From Octopus vulgaris (lineage: Eukaryota), in assembly GCA_951406725.2 (NCBI GenBank), contig OX597835.1, positions 4,526,001-4,590,000 of the forward strand: 64,000 bases of DNA, given 5' to 3'. How positions within the stretch are numbered: the stretch's first letter is position 1; each line of letters begins with the position of its first letter. This document shows, piece after piece, positions 45,585 through 58,720 of the stretch. The notes beneath the pieces are model-generated. The model searched no databases. It had not been told where the DNA came from and saw only the letters and a program-made list of their open reading frames with translations. A program made the translations under genes and the position numbers.

Positions 45585-46134
45585 TTTGATATATGGTAAA
45601 TTTAAAGAAAAACATTTAAAGGTTGAGCGCCGGAAAGGGGAATAAAGAAAACTTTAATATGTTAGTTCAAAAGTGGCGATCATGGAGTAGAGCGAGTCAC
45701 GAATTAACAAAACAAATAAATTAATTAATGAAATTAAATAAATTTTAAAAAAATAGATAAATGAATAAATAAATAAAAAGTAATAAATCTATGGAATGGT
45801 TTCGGTGTGGTGTTGAAAACAGTCGGAAGGCTGCAAAAATAAAGCTGACAAATTTAAAATAATTTATAAAATTAAAATTTGGTGGTCCAAATATTTATCA
45901 ATTGATTCCGTGTGTGTGTTCGTACGTAGGCAGACAAGTATAAATTGTATGCATTTGTGTATACGTAAGTGTGTTAACCGCCCACTTTTCTAGTTTGTAG
46001 AAAACTGTAGTCTCAAAAGCACACACAAGCGCGCGCACGCGCTCACCCATCAGTCTCTCCACCCAAATTTAATTCCTTATTTCGCTCCACTGCAAATGAA
46101 GTGGAACGGCGTCATAAACTAACTGGAATGATTT

Positions 46135-46509
46135 ATATACACACACACATACGTACATACGTACATACATACATACATGCATACACACACACATACATAA
46201 ATGCATACATGCATGCATATATACATACATACACACATACATACATGCATACATACATTTATACATACATACATACATACATACATACATACATACATAC
46301 ATACATGCATACATACATACATACATACATACATACATACATACATGCATACATACATACATACATACATATATACATACATATATACATACATGCATGC
46401 ATGCATACATACATATATACATACATACATACATACATACATACATACATACATACATACATACATACATACATACATACATACATACATACATACATAC
46501 ATACATACA

Positions 46510-46543
<34 letters not shown>

Positions 46544-46649
46544 CATACATACATACATGCATGCATACATACATACATACATACATATATACATACATAT
46601 ATACATACATGCATGCATGCATACATACATATATACATACATACATACA

Positions 46650-46683
<34 letters not shown>

Positions 46684-46826
46684 CATACATACATGCATGC
46701 ATGCATACATACATACATACATACATATATACATACATACATACATACATGCATACATACATATATACATACATACATGCATGCATGCATACATACATAC
46801 ATACATACATTCATACATACATACAC

Positions 46827-46859
<33 letters not shown>

Positions 46860-46899
46860 CATACATACATACATATACATACATACATGCATGCATACA

Positions 46900-46933
<34 letters not shown>

Positions 46934-46967
46934 CATACATACATACATACATATATACATACATACA

Positions 46968-47029
<62 letters not shown>

Positions 47030-47111
47030 CATACATACATACATACATACATACATACATACATACATACATACATGCATGCATGCATACATACATACAT
47101 ACATACATACA

Positions 47112-47145
<34 letters not shown>

Positions 47146-47147
47146 CA

Positions 47148-47181
<34 letters not shown>

Positions 47182-47215
47182 CATACATACATACATACAT
47201 ATATACATACATACA

Positions 47216-47277
<62 letters not shown>

Positions 47278-47279
47278 CA

Positions 47280-47313
<34 letters not shown>

Positions 47314-47352
47314 CATACATACATGCATGCATGCATACATACATTTAATACA

Positions 47353-47386
<34 letters not shown>

Positions 47387-47495
47387 CATACATACATGCA
47401 TGCATGCATACATACATACATACATACATTCATACATACATACACACATGCATACATACATGCATACATACAAACATGCATACATACATATGTGT
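46135..47495. repeat. About 1.35-kb (TACA)n tract with TGCA/TATA variants
   Basis: Direct reading; source of the longest spurious ORFs. Confidence 0.97.
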
Positions 47496-47680
47496 ATGTG
47501 AGTGTGTGTGACATGTATATATAGATATATATATATACATACATGTATATATTTTTTTGTAGTAACTGTTTACGTATGTTTCCTATACATATATATATGC
47601 ATACATGTATATATATGTATATACATACAAACACATGCATATATATATGCTATATTCATTTATATATACATGTGAGTGTG

Positions 47681-47728
<48 letters not shown>

Positions 47729-47831
47729 TGTGTGTGTATGTGTGTGTGTGTCCAAATTTGCATTTATGTACCCATTCATGATTTTATATATATACATATT
47801 TATATAACCGATCGTTATTTATATATTTCAG

Positions 47832-48229
47832 ATGCTAAAAGGAAAGAACAAGCCGCTCTCTTTGGTAAGCATCAACCTCCAAAGAAACGGCGGAAATCTC
47901 GAACGGCCTTCACTAACCAACAGATTTACGAGTTGGAGAAAAGATTCCTTTACCAAAAATACTTGACGCCAGCGGACCGAGACGAAATAGCGTTGAATCT
48001 CGGTTTGACCAACGCTCAGGTGATCACGTGGTTTCAAAACAGGAGAGCGAAGTTAAAGCGTGACTTGGAAGAGATGAAGAACGATGTGGAACACGCGAAA
48101 AATGTTGGTCCAACGCATCTCTTGAATATCGGGCTGGTGGCGCAACAGAAGTATAAATGCGTCTCACGGCAGCAGCTCCACATTGAAGAGGACGACAAAA
48201 TGGAAAGCAAAGAAAACAACATTTCATAG
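47832..48229 (+). CDS. Lbx: Ladybird-class (Lbx) homeobox gene, last coding exon containing the whole homeodomain (47888-48067)
   Basis: Translation [71 protein letters not shown]; [15 protein letters not shown] (T47) and [10 protein letters not shown] are Lbx signatures. Preceded by splice acceptor tatttcAG ending at 47831 (phase 1); stop TAG at 48227-48229. The upstream part of ORF 47543 is microsatellite. Confidence 0.95.
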
Positions 48230-48236
48230 CTGGGCG

Positions 48237-48279
<43 letters not shown>

Positions 48280-48405
48280 GTGTGTATCTGTATGTGCGTG
48301 CGCGTGTATTCGTGTATGTGCATCTGTGTGTGCATAGACATACACAAACATATATAAGTGTATATATATATATTATATATATGTGTGCGTCTATGTGTGT
48401 GTATA

Positions 48406-48478
<73 letters not shown>

Positions 48479-48609
48479 CCGTGCTCCCGCATACTGTCGG
48501 TCATGTTGGTGGAAGCAAACAAAAATACATTGGTGTGCACGTGTGTATACGAGTGTATGTTTGCGTGTGTACGTGTTTTATTATGAGTGCCTGCGTATAC
48601 ATACGTATA

Positions 48610-48692
<83 letters not shown>

Positions 48693-48799
48693 TCTTATAT
48701 ATATATGTACTTATATATATATACATATATACATATAAATACATACATACATATATACATTCATATATACATACATACACACATATATATATGTATATA

Positions 48800-48853
<54 letters not shown>

Positions 48854-49011
48854 TGTGTGTGGGCACGCATGTATACGTATATGTTATACTTTTGTGTGTG
48901 TACACACACAGATATGCAAACGCAGAGACACACATGTGCACACACACACACGTGTGTGTGTAAATGACAAGCAGAAGAACAAAATAAACAAAGAAATATA
49001 ACCCAAGAAGA

Positions 49012-49410
49012 AGCAGGCATGTCTGAATGGTAAGAAGTTTGCTTCTTATCTTCAAAGTCTCCGAGTGGATTTGGTGGCCGAAATTGAAATGTCCGACGTG
49101 TATACATATTATATATATATATATAAATATATGTGTGTGTATGTGTGTGTGTGTGTGTAAATGTATACGCATATGTGTGAGTATGTGTGCATGTTTGTAC
49201 GGCCAACCACTTGACAAACCGGTGTCGGTTTGTTTGCGTCACCGTAAATTAGCGGTTCGGCGGCATAAGACACCGATAAGTACCAGACTTTTAAAAAAAA
49301 TGATAATAAAAAATACTGGTGTCGCTTCGTTCAGCCGAAAACTCATCAAGGGCTGTGTGCCCCAGCATGGCCGGAGTTCAATAACTGAAACAAGGAGGGA
49401 AAGATAAAAG
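49012..49410 (+). mobile_element. SINE family A, old diverged copy
   Basis: gcaggcatgtctgaatggtaagaagtttgctt...ttagcggttcgg...ccagcatggcc...actgaaacaag. Confidence 0.65.
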
Positions 49411-49582
49411 AGAAGGAAATGCTCCCAGTCAATTCTTATCAGTTTTTTTTTTTTGGGGTGGGGGGGTTGAATGTCAAAACTGTCAAAATAAAACAACGCT
49501 ATGACAACAATAGTAATACTTCATAAGGAATGTCTGATCGAATGCACCGACTGAAAGAATAGAATGAATGCATGAATGTGTG

Positions 49583-49648
<66 letters not shown>

Positions 49649-49807
49649 TTAGCATTGCGCAATTTAGTTATTGCCTTTTGTGAATATTTTTTTACTAGAC
49701 TTTGTCCAACGTAGGAGTCAAGGACATCGTTCGGCCATGTTTATTATTTTATATATGAAGGCATTAGCTGCCATGATGTTACAAGTTCCTTTCATGTTTT
49801 TTATTAC

Positions 49808-49847
<40 letters not shown>

Positions 49848-49858
49848 GGCTCGAAATT

Positions 49859-49890
<32 letters not shown>

Positions 49891-50239
49891 TAAAAAGTAA
49901 AAAAAAGAAAAAGAAAGAAAAAGAAAATAAACGTGTGATAAAAAATATATATAGCAGTCTTCGTTTTATTACCTTTGGTCGAGATGGTCACAATATGGAA
50001 CAGAGGAAAAAGGGAGAGCGAGAGAGAGAGAGAGAGAGTGACAGACAGAAAAACAGGGACAGGCAGACAGACATAGAGAGAAAGAGCATAAAGAAAGAGC
50101 GACAGGGAGAGAAGAGTGGTGGTGGTGGTGGTGGTGGTAGTGGTTGTGGTGATGGTGGTGGTGGTGGTAGTGGTGGTGCTGTTGGAGGAGTGAAGGTGAA
50201 TATTTTGGAGTATGGAGTATGGTAGGAAATGAATATGTG

Positions 50240-51050
50240 GTAATATATGGGGCTGAGAAATTGCCCGGACGCTTCACCCCTATGTAGACCACCCCGCCCT
50301 CCATTTCAACACCGTGCCGCCCTTGTATGCTGGGCTGAGGACGATGTCGTCTCGGTGTCGAAGAGGATAAACTTTAAACACTTCAGAACATGGCGGTAAT
50401 TCACTGCAAGACAGTGAAGAGAGACAGACACATTGAAGTGAAATTGACCAGAGGTCCAGCTAGGTGGACGTCTGGCCGAGGTCAGTGAAACAAGTAGAGT
50501 TGGAAGACACTGGTGGAATGCTGTGGAGCAGGGTGCACAGTTTAGTGTTTTGCGTAAAAAGAGACCTCCTCCCTGCCAAGGGTAGAACGTTAGAGATTGG
50601 AGGATTGTAAATTTGGATGCAAAGTAACAACGTTCCGCCGGAGAGAACTGTGCAGTAATTGTTGAAACGGCAGGTACAAGGGCAAGATCGAGGAATAAAG
50701 GTGGAACTTGTAGGTTTGATGTGGAAGATGTCAAAGAAAAGAAGATTAAGTTGGTGGATGAAGAAGGATTCGGAATGGGCGATGAGTTGAAGTTCAAGTA
50801 GAGAACGGCTCCAGTAAATGATGAATTTCAATGTGTAAATTTACAGGCAGGTGGCACGGATGGCTGCTCGCATCTGTTGACGGGAAGAGTTGGAGGGAAT
50901 AAATCTGATGTGGAGGTAAGTAGCTGATGAAGTTTAAGTGGAGTGGAACAACGTATGATGTAATTGTGGTGGAGGTGAAGTTTATGAAAGACTAAAATAG
51001 AGAACCTTAACAAAGGTAAGTGCAGAGAGATATAAGGAAATGTTAATGGC
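50240..51050 (-). pseudogene. Penelope-like element N-terminal ORF fragment
   Basis: LRHRDDIVLSPAYKGGTVLKWR (YKGG at 50316-50327) matches the PLE DIVIKPADKGGAVVVW motif; the upstream boundary is uncertain. Confidence 0.6.
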
Positions 51051-51450
51051 AGCCAAGGAAAAGAAGGTGAGTTATTTATTATTAAAGATGAAGGTAGAAA
51101 TCGAAGAGATGGATTCGGGAGTTAGGAACTGTGATGGAGCGAGGTAGAAAGTTGTACAGCAAAATAGGTTCAGTGTAATTCGAATTGGATTTAATCTCAT
51201 TATTTGAATCACAGACTGAATCAGTGAGGAAAGTAATTTAATCTGGTTTATATTTATTTACTTCATATCATGATTAGTAAACAATTACGTCACTGGTTAT
51301 AGTAACGGTGAATGTTACTATAGCGGAACGCGCTGCTTTTTACACCAATGTTTATACACACACACACATATATATATATATACCGAAATACATCGGTGAA
51401 TGATATACATATATGCATTCACACTAGACTGGCACTTATATCGACCTCTC

Positions 51451-51523
<73 letters not shown>

Positions 51524-52362
51524 GAAGAAGAAGAAGAAGAAGAAGAAGAAGAAGAAGAAGAAGAAGAAGAAGAAGAAGAAGAAGAAGAAGAAGAAGAAGA
51601 AGAAGAGCAACAACAACAACAGCGGAAGTAGCAGCAACAAGAACAATCAATTTAATTCTCTCTTTGCATCAAAATTGCTAGCAATACGATAGCAACCTCA
51701 ACAATAGCAACAAAGCAACAGCAACAGCAGCAGCGATTGCAACGATAGTCTCATCAGTGACAACGAAATAATGAATAAATTGAGCAACATCTTGGACCGC
51801 ATCAACAACACCAACAACGACAATACATTAAACACCCCCAGCATTATACATCTTCTACTCTTCGCAGAAATATCACATGGTTGCGTTGCTTACTTGGGCC
51901 ATGGATAAGGAATTTCTTTAGAAGACATTCTTTGAATTCCATTACAAATTAAACATTTGATGATAAATATTAGCCGTTTGCTGTTTAATTATAATTCCGG
52001 CTTCTTGACGAAATGGTCCCACAACGAAACAGACTCGCAGCTTTTATTAAATATTTACCACGAATTAAAGAAAAATAAACATTAATTTTTTTCCATGGGG
52101 ATCTCCCCGGCGGGGAAGTAACCTTGAAACTGCAGCATTGGCAAAACATAGAAACAGCTTCTTGAAAAGTTCGATAAACCATTTCGTGGAACTTGTTATG
52201 ACTTCCATCTCGTCTATTTACCAACAACACTTTACATCGGCAAGTCCACTTTCTCTCTGCTATTGCTTTTTAGCCATAGGTCAGCCTCTGATCAGGCAAA
52301 CAGATCTATGATTCAATGCATTCCATACCTACAAACATATCCATGTGCGTGTGTGTGTGAAT

Positions 52363-52401
<39 letters not shown>

Positions 52402-52441
52402 AGTGTTTGTGTGTGAGTGAGTGTGTGTGTGTGTGTGTGTG

Positions 52442-52501
<60 letters not shown>

Positions 52502-52530
52502 TGAGTGTGTGTGTATGTGTGAGTGAGTGT

Positions 52531-52577
<47 letters not shown>

Positions 52578-52680
52578 TGTGTATGTGTGTGTGTGTGTGA
52601 GTGAGTGAGTGTGTGTGTGTGTGTGTGAGTGAGTGTGTGTGTGAGTGAGGGTGTGTGTATGTGTGTGTGTGTGTGTGTGT

Positions 52681-52976
52681 GAAGATGCATGCCTTTGTGG
52701 TTAAGGTGTTGCATTTACGATTGTAAGGTCCATGTGTCCATTCGCAGACCGGTGGTTCCGCTGTGTTCTTGAGCAAAACATTTCATTTCGCGTTGCTTCA
52801 TCCACTGAGCTGTGAATGAGTAACCCTGCGGCGGACTGATGCCTGGCTCAGAAGGAATGTTGGTCTAACCGCCAAGCCAGCGCCGTGGTATCATTCGGAA
52901 GCTAAAACAATGAGAACCGCATCATGACCAGCGGTGTATAACAATACCTGATTGATTGTCAGGCCGATACTGTGAT
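52681..52976 (+). mobile_element. tRNA-derived SINE (family C-related), diverged
   Basis: gtggttaaggtgttgc...gtgttcttgagcaaaacatttcatttcgcgttgct...aaccctgcggcggactg. Confidence 0.65.
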
Positions 52977-53110
52977 AAATACACACACACACACATGTTA
53001 TGGAGAGAAACGTCTTAAAGTAATGAGAATAAAGAACTGAAAGGGGGCATAATCCTTATTATGTAATTAAAAGGCGGCGAGCTGGCAGAATCCTTATTAT
53101 GTAATTAAAA

Positions 53111-53348
53111 GGCGGCGAGCTGGCAGAATCGTTAGCACGTCGGGCGAAATGCGGAGCCGTATTTCGTCTGCCGTTACGTTCTGAGTTCAAATTCCGCCGA
53201 GGTCGACTTTGCCTTCCATCCTTTCGGAGTCGATAAATTAAGTACCAGTTACGCACTGGGGTCGATGTGATCGACTTAATCTGTTTGTCTGTCCTTGTTT
53301 GTACCCTGTGTGTTTAGCCCTTTGTGGGTAGTAAAGAAATAGGTATTT
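53111..53348 (+). mobile_element. SINE family B, full length
   Basis: ggcggcgagctggcagaatcgttagc (A box), gagttcaaattcc (B box); 3' end shared with 531-665. Confidence 0.9.
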
Positions 53349-53921
53349 CGACTGTGATCACTTTTCCTTTCACTGATCTGGACAATATTGGCATCTTCGA
53401 AATGGTTGGATGGCGTGGCGTGTCACTTTGAGACAATACCTTCGGTAAGGACCCTGCCAATTCCTGTTTCAAAACCGCTCCTCTCACCCACACCTCTCAC
53501 CTGGTATCCAGCTTTCATCACTGGTTCCTCGAACTATCTTCGAAAGTGTGAACGCCTCGCTCTCCTCTTCCTGGACAAGAGTAATGGCAAGACAGCTAAA
53601 CTAGATTCAGGTTACGAATCAACTGACGAGTCTCAAACTGGACTTTCCGAAACTGTAAAGTGGAAATCCAACTACCAGCAGTCAAGTTTCAACGGATAGA
53701 AAAACCACCATACACTGCAATGACACGTGTCTCTGACTGCAGCGAAACACGATGATCGCCATGTTGATTTACCAACAGAAAACTCACTACCAGAGGGTTA
53801 TTTCATAATACCGTTGTTAGAGGGAAGTATAAATTATAAATTCATCTCAGAGATGTTTACTCAAACCATCAGAAAACTCTTACTGCTCGATCGTTCTTAT
53901 TTGAGGTGTAAAAATAGATAC

Positions 53922-54116
53922 CAATTGCAGCGTGGAAGGTGTTTATAAGCCATTTAAGAAACACACAAAAGCCGTTCGATTCACTTCAACATTTAAGTTT
54001 AATTTGTCAAAATATTTTCGTCGCTAAAATCCGCGACCTGTTCACTGACAAAAATCCGTGCTGCATCTCTTGCGTGTTTCTTAAATGGCTTATAAACACC
54101 TTCCACGCTGCAATTG
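53922..54116. repeat. Perfect 43-bp inverted repeat enclosing a hammerhead motif
   Basis: caattgcagcgtggaaggtgtttataagccatttaagaaacac (53922-53964) and its reverse complement (54074-54116). Confidence 0.95.
54003..54052 (-). ncRNA. Minimal type-I hammerhead motif with swapped G3-C8 pair
   Basis: tttgtca GTGAACA g gtcgc ggatttta gcgac GAAA atat TT tgacaaa; 7-bp stem I, 5-bp stem II, palindromic AATATT stem III. Confidence 0.75.
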
Positions 54117-54478
54117 TTTTCGTTTCAGCACACGATCTCAGATCAAATTACTTGCTATGCAAGTACATCTCCGGAAAAAAAAAAAATAGATATGAGATGG
54201 TAAAACTCGTTGACTCATAATAACTACTAACTAAGTGAATTAATTATTAAGGAAATATATAGCTTGTAGATACAACGTGAATATAACCTTAATTTAATGA
54301 ACGTTGAGCAGAGAATTCAAACATGGAAAGGGAATGGGGGAATATTCAAATATTTGAGTAAATAGATTAATGCAAAACGGCGAAAATAACGCAGGAAGAA
54401 AAGGTCAGGTCAAACATGAACGGAAATAAATATATGCGTGTTGCTTGTGTTTGTTATGAATTGATACTCTCTCTCTCT

Positions 54479-54891
54479 CTCTTTTACTCTTTTACTTGTT
54501 TCAGTCATTTGACTGCGGCCATGCTGGAGCACCGCCTTTAGTCGAGCAAATCGACCCCGGGACTTATTCTTTGTAAGCCCAGTACTTATTCTATCGGTCT
54601 CTTTTGCCGAACCGCTAAGTGACGGGGACGTAAACACACCAGCATCGGTTGTCAAGCAATGCTGGGGGGGACAAACACAGACACACAAACATATATACAC
54701 ACACACTTATATATATATACATATATACGACAGGATTCTTTCAGTTTCCGTCTACCAAATCCACTCACAAAGCATTGGTCGGCCCGGGGCTATAGCAGAA
54801 GACACTTGCCCAAGATGCTACGCAGTGGGACTGAACCTGGAACCATGTGGTTGGTTAGCAAGCTACTTACCACACAGCCACTCCTGCGCCT
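54479..54891 (-). mobile_element. SINE family A, full length, young
   Basis: Intact 5' end ggcgcaggagtggctgtgtgg on the minus strand and GTAAAAGA tail. Confidence 0.92.
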
Positions 54892-55048
54892 GATATATAT
54901 AATTTTTTATAAATATATTCATAACGTAAATATTTATTATAAATCCATAGCTAAAGTATACGTCATATACATTCAAACATACACACATACTTACATGCAT
55001 ACATACACACACATAAACATATGTATATACATAACATATATGGTTATA

Positions 55049-55087
<39 letters not shown>

Positions 55088-55157
55088 TTTGATACTTTGA
55101 TACTTTGATAGGTTTCGGCCATTATTGGCCCAGGCCATGTCTAACTTATTAGCACCA

Positions 55158-55375
55158 TACTCTTTTACTATTTTACTTGTTTCAGTCATTTGACTATGGC
55201 CATGCTGGAGCACCGCCTTTAGTCGAGCAAATCGACTCCGGGACTTATTCTTTGTAAGCCTAGTACTTATTTTATCGGTCTCTTTTGCCGAAGCGCTAAG
55301 TTATGGGGACGTAAACACACTAGCATCGGTTGTCAAGCGATGCTGGGGGGGGGGCAAACACAGACACACAAACAT

Positions 55376-55400
<25 letters not shown>
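55158..55400 (-). mobile_element. SINE family A, 3' half
   Basis: Direct repeat of 54481-54700. Confidence 0.88.
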
Positions 55401-55411
<11 letters not shown>

Positions 55412-55484
55412 GTATATTGTTATATTTCGGAATGGTCATATTGCCAGTTTAGCCAATAAATAAAAATCTTGCACAACAAATATT

Positions 55485-55541
<57 letters not shown>

Positions 55542-55590
55542 ATATGTATGTATGTATGTATGTACGTATTTGTATATATGTATGTATATG

Positions 55591-55657
<67 letters not shown>

Positions 55658-56270
55658 ATATATATAAGTATGTATGTATGTATATATGTATGTATGTATG
55701 TATGAATACACACACATATATATGTAAGGAAATATACTATTACTCCTACAACTACGACGACGACGACGACGACGAGAAAAGTGATTTGTTTCTGGCAAAA
55801 AGAAAACAAGACACTGGTCATCTAAATACACGGAAGCCTAACTGTTTGAATTATGACGGGCTCGGGACGACGTCTGTTTGTAGGTGTGTGTATATATATA
55901 CCTGCACCTATTATGAGTGTCAGTGTGTCAATGTGTGAGTATGTGTGTGTGTGTGTGTGTGTGTTGCTATTACACTTTATTTTACTATTGTCACATTTGC
56001 CATTTTTCATCCAAGTGCCAGCGCTCTCTAACGGCAATATTTCATGCAACTTGATGATTTCCTCTTTCTGTGCATTACACACTTGTAGGTACGCAAACAT
56101 ACGTTCATACCAGATATATATGTATGCGTATAATAAATATATTCATGCATACACACACACACATATATATATATATAATTTATTGTTTCTTGAAACCTAA
56201 CCAAATTCCTAAACTAGTGCCACGGTGTATATTTAAGAGTAAAATACAAATATTTCAACCAGTTGAATAA

Positions 56271-56315
56271 ACGTTTACTTTTTTCTGAGTTTCAACTTTC
56301 GGCTCTTCAGAACGT
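56271..56315 (-). ncRNA. Type-I hammerhead motif, canonical core
   Basis: acgtt CTGAAGA gcc gaaa gtt GAAA ct cagaaaaa ag TA aacgt; 5-bp stem I, 3-bp stem III, weakened stem II. Confidence 0.55.
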
Positions 56316-56969
56316 ATCCCAGATATTGAGTGCAACGCCTCAAATAGTTAAGGGTCCTAATCTAGAGGACTTGCATCCCCTTGATACACTTGCTTCTGCG
56401 GAAATTAGAGATAGGCGTTCTGTGTCCTTGGGGATCCTAGTGGTGCTGTCTCGCAACCTTACATGTAGTGTAGGGGGAGTCGTAAGCTCAGTGGAGGCAA
56501 ACATTATGCGTAATTGGTAAGACTCACACGAACCCAATTTGCCGAGCAGACTCCAGTCTCATGTGTCGCTGTTTCATAGAATGGAAAAAAAAAATAACGT
56601 TACAGAATCTGACCAGCCGTTGATGGTTACATTTGACTGGGAGCACTCCAACCAGCTGAATTTTTAGAATACCCTTTTGATGAATTCACATGCCCTTAAA
56701 CATCACGGTTTGCCCGGCAGATCGATATTCTGTAATTTGTTTATATTTATTAATCCACGTCATTAACTGTTTGTTATATTATTGCTGTTATTTCCGTTCA
56801 GAAAAGGTTTGAACATTTTAATAAACAGCTTTTTCATTTATCTTTCTTCCAACCTCACTTGCGCCATGTATTTTGTGGAAAAGAAAAATTAGAAGCATTT
56901 TCTGACCACTTGTCTCTGTATGTTTGCTCAATGGAATTTGGCGAACATTGGTGTTCCAGATTTATTGTA

Positions 56970-57356
56970 TCCAAGTGTAATGATAACAGATGTGGAACGT
57001 GTCAATACATGCATACAGATAGATCTCTTAGAACAAAAAATGAACAGATTGTCGCAAATGCAGATATGAACTGCAAAAGTAGAAATTTGATCTACTACAT
57101 TAAATGCTCGAATTGCGAGGAATTGTATAGAGGCGATACAGGGAATGCATTATCGGAACGCTCACGAGTCCACAGACAACAAATCCGGAACACCAATGTT
57201 CGCCAAATTCCATTGAGCGACCATATAGAGACATGTGGTCAGAAAATGTTCCTATTTTTTTGCTTTCCACAAAGTACATGCCACAAGGTTACAAGAAAGA
57301 TAAAAGAAAAACGGTTTATTAAAATGTTCAAACCTTTTCTGAGTGGAATAATATAA
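56970..57356 (+). pseudogene. PLE GIY-YIG endonuclease domain with upstream Cys-rich linker
   Basis: CNDNRCGTC...CKSRNLIYYIKCSNCEELYRGDTGNALSERSRVHR...PLSDH...RKIKEKRFIKMFKPFL; no RT upstream. Confidence 0.88.
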
Positions 57357-57490
57357 CAGCAATAATATAACAACCAGTTAATGATGTGGATTAATAAATA
57401 TAATCAAGTTACAGAATATCGGTTCGTCTGGCTAACCGTGATTTTTAAGAGCATGCGGATTGATCAAAAAGGTATTCGAAAAATTCATTT

Positions 57491-57530
57491 GAAATCTGAT
57501 AAGTACAATATGTATGAAAGCGCTAATTTT
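57491..57530 (+). ncRNA. Minimal hammerhead in the PLE 3' UTR (G8A, probably inactivated)
   Basis: gaaat CTGATAA gtaca ata tgtat GAAA gcgc TA atttt; palindromic AGCGCT stem III. Confidence 0.65.
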
Positions 57531-57589
57531 GTTAGAATAGCATAATAATAAAAAAATGTGAAAACCAGACTGTTTTAACTTTATTCAAC

Positions 57590-57650
<61 letters not shown>

Positions 57651-58234
57651 GAGAGAGAGGGGAGAGAGAGAGAAAATGAAACGATTGCTTATAAACACAA
57701 ATGTCTATCAGCCGCGATGTAATGAGGTGCCAATAACAGGAATAAGTGGAAGGAGTGGAGGTGAACCCTGTGATCGTGTTGTGTGAATTAGTTGATAAGA
57801 TATAATTAATGTTAGCGATGACACAATACGTGACATAGAAAAACAAAAATCTCTCCTTTCAAGTCATGTGACCAATAGAAGGATATTCACGGGCGAAGCA
57901 AGAATTAGGAAACAAGAAACGGAGTATGTTTGGGGGCGGTTTTTGATATGTTTTAGATACGCTTTAGTCGTGGCCGTCTGTTGGAAGAATTAGTTTCAGT
58001 GGTTTTTTGTTGTTGTTTCTTCTTGATAATTCAAAAGTAGAATTTATATTTCTTGTATTCATAATTCTGTTTTAATGAATTTAGTTTACATTGCTCTGCT
58101 TACCTTCCTTGCCTATAGAGATTGCAGTAAAAAATGCACGTACGTGTATCTGTGTATGTGCATGTGTGTATGTGTGTGTGTGTGGGGGGGAGGTGTTCGT
58201 ATGTGTGTGTGTGTGTTTGTTTTTGCGTTCGAGC

Positions 58235-58720
58235 GTTTCGATATGACCATCAGCCGCATCTGTCCAGAACTTTGGGAAAAGTTCTACCTTCGGATGAGAC
58301 ATGATATTGTCCTAACACTATGTGTTACAATACTCTGCGCAGGGAAGGTTTTATCGATGGTTCCACCAAAGGCATCCCAGGATCCACGCCTTTAAAAATG
58401 TCGAATCCCAGTTAAATACTCCAATAAAACCATCAGCCTGGGGTAAGCATAACAGGCCAGATATAGCTGTACGGGACAATAAACTAAAGTCTTACACTGT
58501 TGCGGCCATCAGCTGCCCAGCAGCTGTGAAAATCTCGTCAAAAATTGGGAAAAGGCAAGCGATGGCTTTTTAATGGGAAATTGACGACTCTCATTTCCAG
58601 GCTATAAATGTTTATTTGTGACTGTTACCATAGCTACCCGAGACTCTGTAATAACAAATTTGTATAAAATCCATGAAAGAGCAACGTAAATTGATTCGTA
58701 TTCTCCAAATACAGTCGATT
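58235..58720 (+). pseudogene. R4/Dong-like non-LTR element, restriction-like endonuclease fragment
   Basis: ICPEL...YLRMRHDIV and KHNRPDIAVRDNKLKSYTVAAISCP (RHD and PD motifs). Confidence 0.7.

Larger units (their letters stand above)
56657..57592 (+). mobile_element. 5'-truncated Penelope-like element with inverted 3' copy, hammerhead, AATAAA and (TA)n tail
   Basis: 56657-56968 is the diverged reverse complement of 57176-57487; GIY-YIG coding region in between; HHR 57491-57530; AATAAA at 57547; (TA)n from 57593. Confidence 0.88.

Noticed and set aside
46069-47640. 523-aa ORF and the many other YI/HT/CMYV-rich ORFs
   Set aside because: These are translations of stop-free di- and tetranucleotide repeats.
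53620-53662. CTGACGA gtc...gac tttcc GAAACTGTA hammerhead candidate
   Set aside because: Five extra bases lie between stem II and GAAA, and there is no stem I.
53922-54116. DNA-transposon MITE interpretation of the 43-bp inverted repeats
   Set aside because: No TSD; the right arm appears to continue into further sequence ending in an A-run, and an HHR lies inside, which fits a PLE inversion better.
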